Assembly (NCBI GenBank): GCA_964057225.1
Contig: OZ059900.1
Span: forward strand, 8,370,001 to 8,434,000
Direction of reading: 5' to 3'
Length of the DNA stretch: 64,000 nt
Source of the DNA: Auanema rhodensis
Lineage: Eukaryota; Animalia; Nematoda
Positions 1-14,000 of the stretch are shown one piece after another. Position 1 is the first letter of the stretch, and each line of letters begins with the position of its first letter. The notes below the pieces were generated by a model, which was not told the DNA's origin, ran no database searches, and was given only the letters and a program-made list of their open reading frames with translations. Position numbers and translations under genes: made by a program.

Positions 1-348
1 TTCAGGATTCATGAACTTTGACTATTTTTACATATATATGTTCAATTTTAACCACTTTGGTCAAAAAGGACCGAAAATATCAAGAATTATTGGTTTTTTG
101 GGGTTTGAAGGGCATTTTGGCAAAATCAGTCAAACTTTTGATCTTAAGCATATTTTTTTCTTCTAAAACGACTAAATGTATGAAATACTGTCATAGAATG
201 TTCATATAGGTGTATTTTGCACGAATATCAAAACTGATTGAAATATGGGCCTTTTTATGCTCAAAACGCCATATATTCAACGATTTTGGGTACAAAACAT
301 GTGAAAACTGTATGTTTTGATCAGACCCTTTGAGATATGGATTTGAAA
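1..348 (+). repeat. Representative 348-bp monomer (~70% AT)
   Basis: The unit restarts at 349 (ttcaggattcat). About 105 G+C of 348 by hand count. Confidence 0.98.
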
Positions 349-1740
349 TTCAGGATTCATAAACTCCGACTATTTCTACATATATATGTCCAATTTTAAC
401 CACTTTGGTCAAAAAGGACCGAAAATATCAAGAATTATTGGTTTTTTGGGGTTTGAAGGGCATTTTGGCAAAATCAGTCAAACTTTTGATCTTAAGCATA
501 TTTTTTTCTTCTAAAACGACTAAATGTATGAAATACTGTCAAAGAATGTTGATATAGGTGTATTTTGCACGAATATCAAAACTGATTGAAATATGGGCCT
601 TTTTATGCTCAAAACGCCATATATTCAACGATTTTGGGTACAAAACATGTGAAAACTGTATGTTTTGATCAGACCCTTTGAGATATGGATTTGAAATTCA
701 GGATCCATAAACTTCGACTATTTCTACATATATATGTCCAATTTTAACCACTTTGGTCAAAAAGGACCGAAAATATCAAGAATTATTGGTTTTTTGGGGT
801 TTGAAGGGCATTTTGGCAAAATCAGTCAAACTTTTGATCTTAAGCATATTTTTTTCTTCTAAAACGACTAAATGTATGAAATACTGTCATAGAATGTTCA
901 TATAGGTGTATTTTGCACGAATATCAAAACTGATTGAAATATGGGCCTTTTTATGCTCAAAACGCCATATATTCAACGATTTTGGGTACAAAACATGTGA
1001 AAACTGTATGTTTTGATCAGACCCTTTGAGATATGGATTTGAAATTCAGGATTCATAAACTCCGACTATTTCTACATATATATGTCCAATTTTAACCACT
1101 TTGGTCAAAAAGGACCGAAAATATCAAGAATTATTGGTTTTTTGGGGTTTGAAGGGCATTTTGGCTAAATCAGTCAAACTTTTGATCTTAAGCATATTTT
1201 TTTCTTCTAAAACGACTAAATGTATGGAATACTGTCATAGAATGTTCATATAGGTGTATTTTGCACGAATATCAAAACTGGTTGAAATATGGGCCTTTTT
1301 ATGCTCAAAACGCCATATATTCAACGATTTTGGGTACAAAACATGTGAAAACTGTATGTTTTGATCAGACCCTTTGAGATATGGATTTGAAATTCAGGAT
1401 CCATAAACTTCGACTATTTCTACATATATATGTCCAATTTTAACCACTTTGGTCAAAAAGGACCGAAAATATCAAGAATTATTGGTTTTTTGGGGTTTGA
1501 AGGGCATTTTGGCTAAATCAGTCAAACTTTTGATCTTAAGCATATTTTTTTCTTCTAAAACGACTAAATGTATGAAATACTGTCATAGAATGTTCATATA
1601 GGTGTATTTTGCACGAATATCAAAACTGATTGAAATATGGGCCTTTTTATGCTCAAAACGCCATATATTCAACGATTTTGGGTACAAAACATGTGAAAAC
1701 TGTATGTTTTGATCAGACCCTTTGAGATATGGATTTGAAA

Positions 1741-4524
1741 TTCAGGATTCATAAACTTTGACTATTTTTACATATATATGTCCAATTTTAACCACTTTGG
1801 TCAAAAAGGACCGAAAATATCAAGAATTATTGGTTTTTTGGGGTTTGAAGGACATTTTGGCTAAATCAGTCAAACTTTTGATCTTAAGCATATTTTCTTC
1901 TTCTAAAACGACTAAATGTATGAAATACTGTCATAGAATGTTCATATAGGTGTATTTTGCACGAATATCAAAACTGATTGAAATATGGGCCTTTTTATGC
2001 TCAAAACGCCATATATTCAACGATTTTGGGTACAAAACATGTGAAAACTGTATGTTTTGATCAGACCCTTTGAGATATGGATTTGAATTTCAGGATTCAT
2101 AAACTTTGACTATTTTTACATAAATATGTTCAATTTTAACCACTTTGGTCAAACAGGACCGAAAATATCAAGAATTATTGGTTTTTTGGGGTTTGAAGGG
2201 CATTTTGGCAAAATCAGTCAAACTTTTGATCTTAAGCATATTTTTTTCTTCTAAAACGACTAAATGTATGAAATACTGTCATAGAATGTTCATATAGGTG
2301 TATTTTGCACGAATATCAAAACTGATTGAAATATGGGCCTTTTTATGCTCAAAACGCCATATATTCAACGATTTTGGGTACAAAACATGTGAAAACTGTA
2401 TGTTTTGATCAGACCCTTTGAGATATGGATTTGAAATTCAGGATTCATGAACTTTGACTATTTTTACATATATATGTTCAATTTTAACCACTTTGGTCAA
2501 AAAGGACCGAAAATATCAAGAATTATTGGTTTTTTGGGGTTTGAAGGGCATTTTGGCAAAATCAGTCAAACTTTTGATCTTAAGCATATTTTTTTCTTCT
2601 AAAACGACTAAATGTATGAAATACTGTCATAGAATGTTCATATAGGTGTATTTTGCACGAATATCAAAACTGATTGAAATATGGGCCTTTTTATGCTCAA
2701 AACGCCATATATTCAACGATTTTGGGTACAAAACATGTGAAAACTGTATGTTTTGATCAGACCCTTTGAGATATGGATTTGAAATTCAGGATTCATAAAC
2801 TCCGACTATTTCTACATATATATGTCCAATTTTAACCACTTTGGTCAAAAAGGACCGAAAATATCAAGAATTATTGGTTTTTTGGGGTTTGAAGGGCATT
2901 TTGGCAAAATCAGTCAAACTTTTGATCTTAAGCATATTTTTTTCTTCTAAAACGACTAAATGTATGAAATACTGTCAAAGAATGTTCATATAGGTGTATT
3001 TTGCACGAATATCAAAACTGATTGAAATATGGGCCTTTTTATGCTCAAAACGCCATATATTCAACGATTTTGGGTACAAAACATGTGAAAACTGTATGTT
3101 TTGATCAGACCCTTTGAGATATGGATTTGAAATTCAGGATTCATAAACTTTGACTATTTTTACATATATATGTCCAATTTTAACCACTTTGGTCAAAAAG
3201 GACCGAAAATATCAAGAATTATTGGTTTTTTGGGGTTTGAAGGACATTTTGGCTAAATCAGTCAAACTTTTGATCTTAAGCATATTTTTTTCTTCTAAAA
3301 CGACTAAATGTATGAAATACTGTCATAGAATGTTCATATAGGTGTATTTTGCACGAATATCAAAACTGATTGAAATATGGGCCTTTTTATGCTCAAAACG
3401 CCATATATTCAACGATTTTGGGTACAAAACATGTGAAAACTGTATGTTTTGATCAGACCCTTTGAGATATGGATTTGAATTTCAGGATTCATAAACTTTG
3501 ACTATTTTTACATAAATATGTTCAATTTTAACCACTTTGGTCAAACAGGACCGAAAATATCAAGAATTATTGGTTTTTTGGGGTTTGAAGGGCATTTTGG
3601 CAAAATCAGTCAAACTTTTGATCTTAAGCATATTTTTTTCTTCTAAAACGACTAAATGTATGAAATACTGTCATAGAATGTTCATATAGGTGTATTTTGC
3701 ACGAATATCAAAACTGATTGAAATATGGGCCTTTTTATGCTCAAAACGCCATATATTCAACGATTTTGGGTACAAAACATGTGAAAACTGTATGTTTTGA
3801 TCAGACCCTTTGAGATATGGATTTGAAATTCAGGATTCATGAACTTTGACTATTTTTACATATATATGTTCAATTTTAACCACTTTGGTCAAAAAGGACC
3901 GAAAATATCAAGAATTATTGGTTTTTTGGGGTTTGAAGGGCATTTTGGCAAAATCAGTCAAACTTTTGATCTTAAGCATATTTTTTTCTTCTAAAACGAC
4001 TAAATGTATGAAATACTGTCATAGAATGTTCATATAGGTGTATTTTGCACGAATATCAAAACTGATTGAAATATGGGCCTTTTTATGCTCAAAACGCCAT
4101 ATATTCAACGATTTTGGGTACAAAACATGTGAAAACTGTATGTTTTGATCAGACCCTTTGAGATATGGATTTGAAATTCAGGATTCATAAACTCCGACTA
4201 TTTCTACATATATATGTCCAATTTTAACCACTTTGGTCAAAAAGGACCGAAAATATCAAGAATTATTGGTTTTTTGGGGTTTGAAGGGCATTTTGGCAAA
4301 ATCAGTCAAACTTTTGATCTTAAGCATATTTTTTTCTTCTAAAACGACTAAATGTATGAAATACTGTCAAAGAATGTTCATATAGGTGTATTTTGCACGA
4401 ATATCAAAACTGATTGAAATATGGGCCTTTTTATGCTCAAAACGCCATATATTCAACGATTTTGGGTACAAAACATGTGAAAACTGTATGTTTTGATCAG
4501 ACCCTTTGAGATATGGATTTGAAA
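1741..4524 (+). repeat. Local 4-mer higher-order repeat (1392 bp x2)
   Basis: Rare variants gaatttcagg, cataaatatg, caaacagg and catgaac recur at a 1392-bp offset (ORFs 1758/3150, 2454/3846). Confidence 0.88.
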
Positions 4525-7500
4525 TTCAGGATCCATAAACTTCGACTATTTCTACATATATATGTCCAATTTTAACCACTTTGGTCAAAAAGGACCGAAA
4601 ATATCAAGAATTATTGGTTTTTTGGGGTTTGAAGGGCATTTTGGCAAAATCAGTCAAACTTTTGATCTTAAGCATATTTTTTTCTTCTAAAACGACTAAA
4701 TGTATGAAATACTGTCATAGAATGTTCATATAGGTGTATTTTGCACGAATATCAAAACTGATTGAAATATGGGCCTTTTTATGCTCAAAACGCCATATAT
4801 TCAACAATTTTGGGTACAAAACATGTGAAAACTGTATGTTTTGATCAGACCCTTTGAGATATGGATTTGAAATTCAGGATTCATAAACTTTGACTATTTT
4901 CACATATATATGTTCAATTTTAACCACTTTGGTCAAAAAGGACCGAAAATATCAAGAATTATTGGTTTTTTGGGGTTTGAAGGACATTTTGGCTAAATCA
5001 GTCAAACTTTTGATCTTAAGCATATTTTCTTCTTCTAAAACGACTAAATGTATGAAATACTGTCATAGAATGTTCATATAGGTGTATTTTGCACGAATAT
5101 CAAAACTGATTGAAATATGGGCCTTTTTATGCTCAAAACGCCATATATTCAACGATTTTGGGTACAAAACATGTGAAAACTGTATGTTTTGATCAGACCC
5201 TTTGAGATATGGATTTGAAATTCAGGATTCATAAACTTTGACTATTTTCACATATATATGTTCAATTTTAACCACTTTGGTCAAAAAGGACCGAAAATAT
5301 CAAGAATTATTGGTTTTTTGGGGTTTGAAGGACATTTTGGCTAAATCAGTCAAACTTTTGATCTTAAGCATATTTTTTTCTTCTAAAACGACTAAATGTA
5401 TGAAATACTGTCATAGAATGTTCATATAGGTGTATTTTGCACGAATATCAAAACTGATTGAAATATGGGCCTTTTTATGCTCAAAACGCCATATATTCAA
5501 CGATTTTGGGTACAAAACATGTGAAAACTGTATGTTTTGATCAGACCCTTTGAGATATGGATTTGAAATTCAGGATTTATAAACTTTGACTATTTTTACA
5601 TATATATGTTCAATTTTAACCACTTTGGTCAAAAAGGACCGAAAATATCAAGAATTATTGGTTTTTTGGGGATTGAAGGGCATTTTGGCAAAATCAGTCA
5701 AACTTTTGATCTTAAGCATATTTTTTTCTTCTAAAACGACTAGATGTATGGAATACTGTCATAGAATGTTGATATAGGTGTATTTTGCACGAATATCGAA
5801 ACTGATTGAAATATGGGCCTTTTTATGCTCAAAACGCCATATATTCAACGATTTTGGGTACAAAACATGTGAAAACTGTATGTTTTGATCAAACCCTTTG
5901 AGATATGGATTTGAAATTCAGGATTCATAAACTTCGACTATTTCTACACATGTATGTCCAATTTTAACCACTTTGGTCAAAAAGGACCGAAAATATCAAG
6001 AATTATTGGTTTTTTGGGGTTTGAAGGGCATTTTGGCAAAATCAGACAAACTTTTGATCTTAAGCATATTTTTTTCTTTTAAAACGACTAAATGTATGAA
6101 ATACTGTCAAAGAATGTTCATATAGGTGTATTTTGCACGAATATCAAAACTGATTGAAATATGGGCCTTTTTATGCTCAAAACGCCATATATTCAACAAT
6201 TTTGGGTACAAAACATGTGAAAACTGTATGTTTTGATCAGACCCTTTAAAGATATGGATTTGAAATTCAGGATTCATAAACTTCGACTATTTCTACATAT
6301 ATATGTCCAATTTTAACCACTTTGGTCAAAAAGGACCGAAAATATCAAAAATTATTGGTTTCTTGGGGTTTGAAGGGCATTTTGGCAAAATCAGTCAAAC
6401 TTTTGATCTTAAGCATATTTTTTTCTTCTAAAACGACTTAATGTATGAAATACTGTCATAGAATGTTCATATAGGTGTATTTTGCACGAATATCAAAACT
6501 GATTGAAATATGGGCCTTTTTATGCTCAAAACGCCATATATTCAACGATTTTGGGTACAAAACATGTGAAAACTGTATGTTTTGATCAGACCCTTTGAGA
6601 TATGGATTTGAAATTCAGGATTCATAAACTTTGACTATTTTTACATATATATGTTCAATTTTAACCACTTTGGTCAAAAAGGACCGAAAATATCAAGAAT
6701 TATTGGTTTTTTGGAGTTTGAAGGGCATTTTGGCAAAATCAGTCAAACTTTTGATCTTAAGCATATTTTTTTCTTCTAAAACGACTAAATGTATGAAATA
6801 CTGTCATAGAATGTTCATATAGGTGTATTTTGCACGAATATCAAAACTGATTGAAATATGGGCCTTTTTATGCTCAAAACGCCATATATTCAACGATTTT
6901 GGGTACAAAACATGTGAAAACTGTATGTTTTGATCAGACCCTTTGAGATATGGATTTGAAATTCAGGATTCATAAACTTTGACTATTTCTACATATATAT
7001 GTCCAATTTTAACCACTTTGGTCAAAAAGGACCGAAAATATCAAGAATTATTGGTTTTTTGGGGATTGAAGGGCATTTTGGCAAAATCAGTCAAACTTTT
7101 GATCTTAAGCATATTTTTTTCTTCTAAAACGACTTAATGTATGAAATACTGTCAAGGAATGTTCATATAGGTGTATTTTGCACGAATATCAAAACTGATT
7201 GAAATATGGGCCTTTTTATGCTCAAAACGCCATATATTCAACGATTTTGGGTACAAAACATGTGAAAACTGTATGTTTTGATCAGACCCTTTGAGATATG
7301 GATTTGAAATTCAGGATTCATAAACTCCGACTATTTCTACATATATATGTCCAATTTTAACCACTTTGGTCAAAAAGGACCGAAAATATCAAGAATTATT
7401 GGTTTTTTGGGGTTTGAAGGGCATTTTGGCTAAATCAGTCAAACTTTTGATCTTAAGCATATTTTTTTCTTCTAAAACGACTAAATGTATGGAATACTGT

Positions 7501-8005
7501 CATAGAATGTTCATATAGGTGTATTTTGCACGAATATCAAAACTGATTGAAATATGGGCCTTTTTATGCTCAAAACGCCATATATTCAACGATTTTGGGT
7601 ACAAAACATGTGAAAACTGTATGTTTTGATCAGACCCTTTGAGATATGGATTTGAAATTCAGGATTCATAAACTTTGACTATTTTCACATATATATGTTC
7701 AATTTTAACCACTTTGGTCAAAAAGGACCGAAAATATCAAGAATTATTGGTTTTTTGAGGTTTGAAGGGCATTTTGGCTAAATCAGTCAAACTTTTGATC
7801 TTAAGCATATTTTTTTCTTCTAAAACGACTAAATGTTTGGAATACTGTCATAGAATGTTGATATAAGTGTATTTTGCACGAATATCAAAACTGATTGAAA
7901 TATGGGCCTTTTTATGCTCAAAACGCCATATATTCAACGATTTTGGGTACAAAACATGTGAAAACTGTATGTTTTGATCAGACCCTTTGAGATATGGATT
8001 TGAAA

Positions 8006-11000
8006 TTCAGGATTCATAAACTTTGACTATTTTCACATATATATGTTCAATTTTAACCACTTTGGTCAAAAAGGACCGAAAATATCAAGAATTATTGGTT
8101 TTTTGGGGTTTGAAGGGCATTTTGGCAAAATCAGTCAAACTTTTGATCTTAAGCATATTTTTTTCTTCTAAAACGACTAAATGTATGGAATACTGTCATA
8201 GAATGTTCATATAGGTGTATTTTGCACGAATATCAAAACTGATTGAAATATGGGCCTTTTTATGCTCAAAACGCCATATATTCAACGATTTTGGGTAAAA
8301 AACATGTGAAAACTGTATGTTTTGATCAGACCCTTTGAGATATGGATTTGAAATTCAGGATTCATAAACTTTGACTATTTTCACATATATATGTTCAATT
8401 TTAACCACTTTGGTCAAAAAGGACCGAAAATATCAAGAATTATTGGTTTTTTGGGGTTTGAAGGGCATTTTGGCTAAATCAGTCAAACTTTTGATCTTAA
8501 GCATATTTTTTTCTTCTAAAACGACTAAATGTATGGAATACTGTCATAGAATGTTCATATAGGTGTATTTTGCACGAATATCAAAACTGATTGAAATATG
8601 GGCCTTTTTATGCTCAAAACGCCATATATTCAACGATTTTGGGTACAAAACATGTGAAAACTGTATGTTTTGATCAGACTCTTTGAGATATGGATTTGAA
8701 ATTCAGGATTCATAAACTTTGACTATTTTCACATATATATGTTCAATTTTAACCACTTTGGTCAAAAAGGACCGAAAATATCAAGAATTATTGGTTTTTT
8801 GGGGTTTGAAGGGCATTTTGGCTAAATCAGTCAAACTTTTGATCTTAAGCATATTTTTTTCTTCTAAAACGACTAAATGTATGAAATACTGTCATAGAAT
8901 GTTCATATAGGTGTATTTTGCACGAATATCAAAACTGATTGAAATATGGGCCTTTTTATGCTCAAAACGCCATATATTCAACGATTTTGGGTACAAAACA
9001 TGTGAAAACTGTATGTTTTGATCAGACCCTTTGAGATATGGATTTGAAATTCAGGATTCATAAACTTTGACTATTTTTACATATATATGTCCAATTTTAA
9101 CCACTTTGGTCAAAAAGGACCGAAAATATCAAGAATTATTGGTTTTTTGGGGTTTGAAGGGCATTTTGGCAAAATCAGTCAAACTTTTGATCTTAAGCAT
9201 ATTTTTTTCTTCTAAAACGACTAAATGTATGAAATACTGTCATAGAATGTTGATATAAGTGTATTTTGCACGAATATCAAAACTGATTGAAATATGGGCC
9301 TTTTTATGCTCAAAACGCCATATATTCAACGATTTTGGGTACAAAACATGTGAAAACTGTATGTTTTGATCAGACCCTTTGAGATATGGATTTGAAATTC
9401 AGGATTCATAAACTTTGACTATTTTCACATATATATGTTCAATTTTAACCACTTTGGTCAAAAAGGACCGAAAATATCAAGAATTATTGGTTTTTTGGGG
9501 TTTGAAGGGCATTTTGGCAAAATCAGTCAAACTTTTGATCTTAAGCATATTTTTTTCTTCTAAAACGACTAAATGTATGGAATACTGTCATAGAATGTTC
9601 ATATAGGTGTATTTTGCACGAATATCAAAACTGATTGAAATATGGGCCTTTTTATGCTCAAAACGCCATATATTCAACGATTTTGGGTACAAAACATGTG
9701 AAAACTGTATGTTTTGATCAGACCCTTTGAGATATGGATTTGAAATTCAGGATTCATAAACTTTGACTATTTTCACATATATATGTTCAATTTTAACCAC
9801 TTTGGTCAAAAAGGACCGAAAATATCAAGAATTATTGGTTTTTTGGGGTTTGAAGGGCATTTTGGCTAAATCAGTCAAACTTTTGATCTTAAGCATATTT
9901 TTTTCTTCTAAAACGACTAAATGTATGGAATACTGTCATAGAATGTTCATATAGGTGTATTTTGCACGAATATCAAAACTGATTGAAATATGGGCCTTTT
10001 TATGCTCAAAACGCCATATATTCAACGATTTTGGGTACAAAACATGTGAAAACTGTATGTTTTGATCAGACTCTTTGAGATATGGATTTGAAATTCAGGA
10101 TTCATAAACTTTGACTATTTTCACATATATATGTTCAATTTTAACCACTTTGGTCAAAAAGGACCGAAAATATCAAGAATTATTGGTTTTTTGGGGTTTG
10201 AAGGGCATTTTGGCTAAATCAGTCAAACTTTTGATCTTAAGCATATTTTTTTCTTCCAAAACGACTAAATGTATGAAATACTTTCATAGAATGTTCATAT
10301 AGGTGTATTTTGCACGAATATCAAAACTGATTGAAATATGGGCCTTTTTATGCTCAAAACGCCATATATTCAACGATTTTGGGTACAAAACATGTGAAAA
10401 CTGTATGTTTTGATCAGACCCTTTGAGATATGGATTTGAAATTCAGGATTCATAAACTTTGACTATTTTTACATATATATGTCCAATTTTAACCACTTTG
10501 GTCAAAAAGGACCGAAAATATCAAGAATTATTGGTTTTTTGGGGTTTGAAGGGCATTTTGGCTAAATCAGTCAAACTTTTGATCTTAAGCATATTTTTTT
10601 CTTCTAAAACGACTAAATGTATGGAATACTGTCATAGAATGTTGATATAAGTGTATTTTGCACGAATATCAAAACTGATTGAAATATGGGCCTTTTTATG
10701 CTCAAAACGCCATATATTCAACGATTTTGGGTACAAAACATGTGAAAACTGTATGTTTTGATCAGACCCTTTGAGATATGGATTTGAAATTCAGGATTCA
10801 TAAACTTCGACTATTTCTACATATATATGTCCAATTTTAACCACTTTGGTCAAAAAGGACCGAAAATATCAAGAATTATTGGTTTTTTGGGGTTTGAAGG
10901 GCATTTTGGCTAAATCAGTCAAACTTTTGATCTTAAGCATATTTTTTTCTTCTAAAACGACTAAATGTATGAAATACTGTCATAGAATGTTCATATAGGT

Positions 11001-14000
11001 GTATTTTGCACGAATATCAAAACTGATTGAAATATGGGCCTTTTTATGCTCAAAACGCCATATATTCAACGATTTTGGGTACAAAACATGTGAAAACTGT
11101 ATGTTTTGATCAGACCCTTTGAGATATGGATTTGAAATTCAGGATTCATAAACTTTGACTATTTTCACATATATATGTTCAATTTTAACCACTTTGGTCA
11201 AAAAGGACCGAAAATATCAAGAATTATTGGTTTTTTGGGGTTTGAAGGGCATTTTGGCTAAATCAGTCAAACTTTTGGCATATTTTTTTCTTCTAAAACG
11301 ACTAAATGTTAGGAATACTGTCATAGAATGTTGATATAGGTGTATTTTGCACGAATATCAAAACTGATTGAAATATGGGCCTTTTTATGCTCAAAACGCC
11401 ATATATTCAACAATTTTGGGTACAAAACATGTGAAAACTGTATGTTTTGATCAGACCCTTTGAGATATGGATTTGAAATTCAGGATTCATAAACTTTGAC
11501 TATTTTCACATATATATGTTCAATTTTAACCACTTTGGTCAAAAAGGACCGAAAATATCAAGAATTATTGGTTTTTTGGGGTTTGAAGGACATTTTGGCT
11601 AAATCAGTCAAACTTTTGATCTTAAGCATATTTTCTTCTTCTAAAACGACTAAATGTATGAAATACTGTCATAGAATGTTCATATAGGTGTATTTTGCAC
11701 GAATATCAAAACTGATTGAAATATGGGCCTTTTTATGCTCAAAACGCCATATATTCAACGATTTTGGGTACAAAACATGTGAAAACTGTATGTTTTGATC
11801 AGACCCTTTGAGATATGGATTTGAAATTCAGGATTCATAAACTTTGACTATTTTCACATATATATGTTCAATTTTAACCACTTTGGTCAAAAAGGACCGA
11901 AAATATCAAGAATTATTGGTTTTTTGGGGTTTGAAGGGCATTTTGGCAAAATCAGTCAAACTTTTGATCTTAAGCATATTTTTTTCTTCTAAAACGACTA
12001 AATGTATGGAATACTGTCATAGAATGTTCATATAGGTGTATTTTGCACGAATATCAAAACTGATTGAAATATGGGCCTTTTTATGCTCAAAACGCCATAT
12101 ATTCAACGATTTTGGGTACAAAACATGTGAAAACTGTATGTTTTGATCAGACCCTTTGAGATATGGATTTGAAATTCAGGATTCATAAACTTTGACTATT
12201 TTCACATATATATGTTCAATTTTAACCACTTTGGTCAAAAAGGACCGAAAATATCAAGAATTATTGGTTTTTTGGGGTTTGAAGGGCATTTTGGCTAAAT
12301 CAGTCAAACTTTTGATCTTAAGCATATTTTTTTCTTCTAAAACGACTAAATGTATGGAATACTGTCATAGAATGTTCATATAGGTGTATTTTGCACGAAT
12401 ATCAAAACTGATTGAAATATGGGCCTTTTTATGCTCAAAACGCCATATATTCAACGATTTTGGGTACAAAACATGTGAAAACTGTATGTTTTGATCAGAC
12501 TCTTTGAGATATGGATTTGAAATTCAGGATTCATAAACTTTGACTATTTTCACATATATATGTTCAATTTTAACCACTTTGGTCAAAAAGGACCGAAAAT
12601 ATCAAGAATTATTGGTTTTTTGGGGTTTGAAGGGCATTTTGGCTAAATCAGTCAAACTTTTGATCTTAAGCATATTTTTTTCTTCTAAAACGACTAAATG
12701 TATGAAATACTGTCATAGAATGTTCATATAGGTGTATTTTGCACGAATATCAAAACTGATTGAAATATGGGCCTTTTTATGCTCAAAACGCCATATATTC
12801 AACGATTTTGGGTACAAAACATGTGAAAACTGTATGTTTTGATCAGACCCTTTGAGATATGGATTTGAAATTCAGGATTCATAAACTTTGACTATTTTTA
12901 CATATATATGTCCAATTTTAACCACTTTGGTCAAAAAGGACCGAAAATATCAAGAATTATTGGTTTTTTGGGGTTTGAAGGGCATTTTGGCAAAATCAGT
13001 CAAACTTTTGATCTTAAGCATATTTTTTTCTTCTAAAACGACTAAATGTATGAAATACTGTCATAGAATGTTGATATAAGTGTATTTTGCACGAATATCA
13101 AAACTGATTGAAATATGGGCCTTTTTATGCTCAAAACGCCATATATTCAACGATTTTGGGTACAAAACATGTGAAAACTGTATGTTTTGATCAGACCCTT
13201 TGAGATATGGATTTGAAATTCAGGATTCATAAACTTTGACTATTTTCACATATATATGTTCAATTTTAACCACTTTGGTCAAAAAGGACCGAAAATATCA
13301 AGAATTATTGGTTTTTTGGGGTTTGAAGGGCATTTTGGCAAAATCAGTCAAACTTTTGATCTTAAGCATATTTTTTTCTTCTAAAACGACTAAATGTATG
13401 GAATACTGTCATAGAATGTTCATATAGGTGTATTTTGCACGAATATCAAAACTGATTGAAATATGGGCCTTTTTATGCTCAAAACGCCATATATTCAACG
13501 ATTTTGGGTACAAAACATGTGAAAACTGTATGTTTTGATCAGACCCTTTGAGATATGGATTTGAAATTCAGGATTCATAAACTTTGACTATTTTCACATA
13601 TATATGTTCAATTTTAACCACTTTGGTCAAAAAGGACCGAAAATATCAAAAATTATTGGTTTTTTGGGGTTTGAAGGGCATTTTGGCTAAATCAGTCAAA
13701 CTTTTGATCTTAAGCATATTTTTTTCTTCTAAAACGACTAAATGTTAGGAATACTGTCATAGAATGTTCATATAGGTGTATTTTGCACGAATATCAAAAC
13801 TGATTGAAATATGGGCCTTTTTATGCTCAAAACGCCATATATTCAACGATTTTGGGTACAAAACATGTGAAAACTGTATGTTTTGATCAGACTCTTTGAG
13901 ATATGGATTTGAAATTCAGGATTCATAAACTTTGACTATTTTCACATATATATGTTCAATTTTAACCACTTTGGTCAAAAAGGACCGAAAATATCAAGAA

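Noticed and set aside
91-120. Telomere-like or G-quadruplex motif (ggttttttggggtttgaaggg)
   Set aside because: There is a single T-rich/GGGG unit per monomer, not tandem, and only two runs of three or more G, which is insufficient for a canonical G4.
1-348. Assignment to a named satellite family or species
   Set aside because: Units of ~340-360 bp occur in unrelated plants and animals, so length alone is not diagnostic. I do not recognise the sequence as alpha satellite, Arabidopsis CEN180 or Drosophila 359-bp. A BLASTN or satellite database search is needed.
1-348. 5S rRNA, tRNA or snRNA tandem gene unit
   Set aside because: About 30% GC, with no recognisable 5S sequence, cloverleaf or Pol III A/B/C boxes.
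712-730. CENP-B box at cttcgactatttctac variants
   Set aside because: Only TTCG matches; the required A..CGGG part of the 17-bp box is absent.
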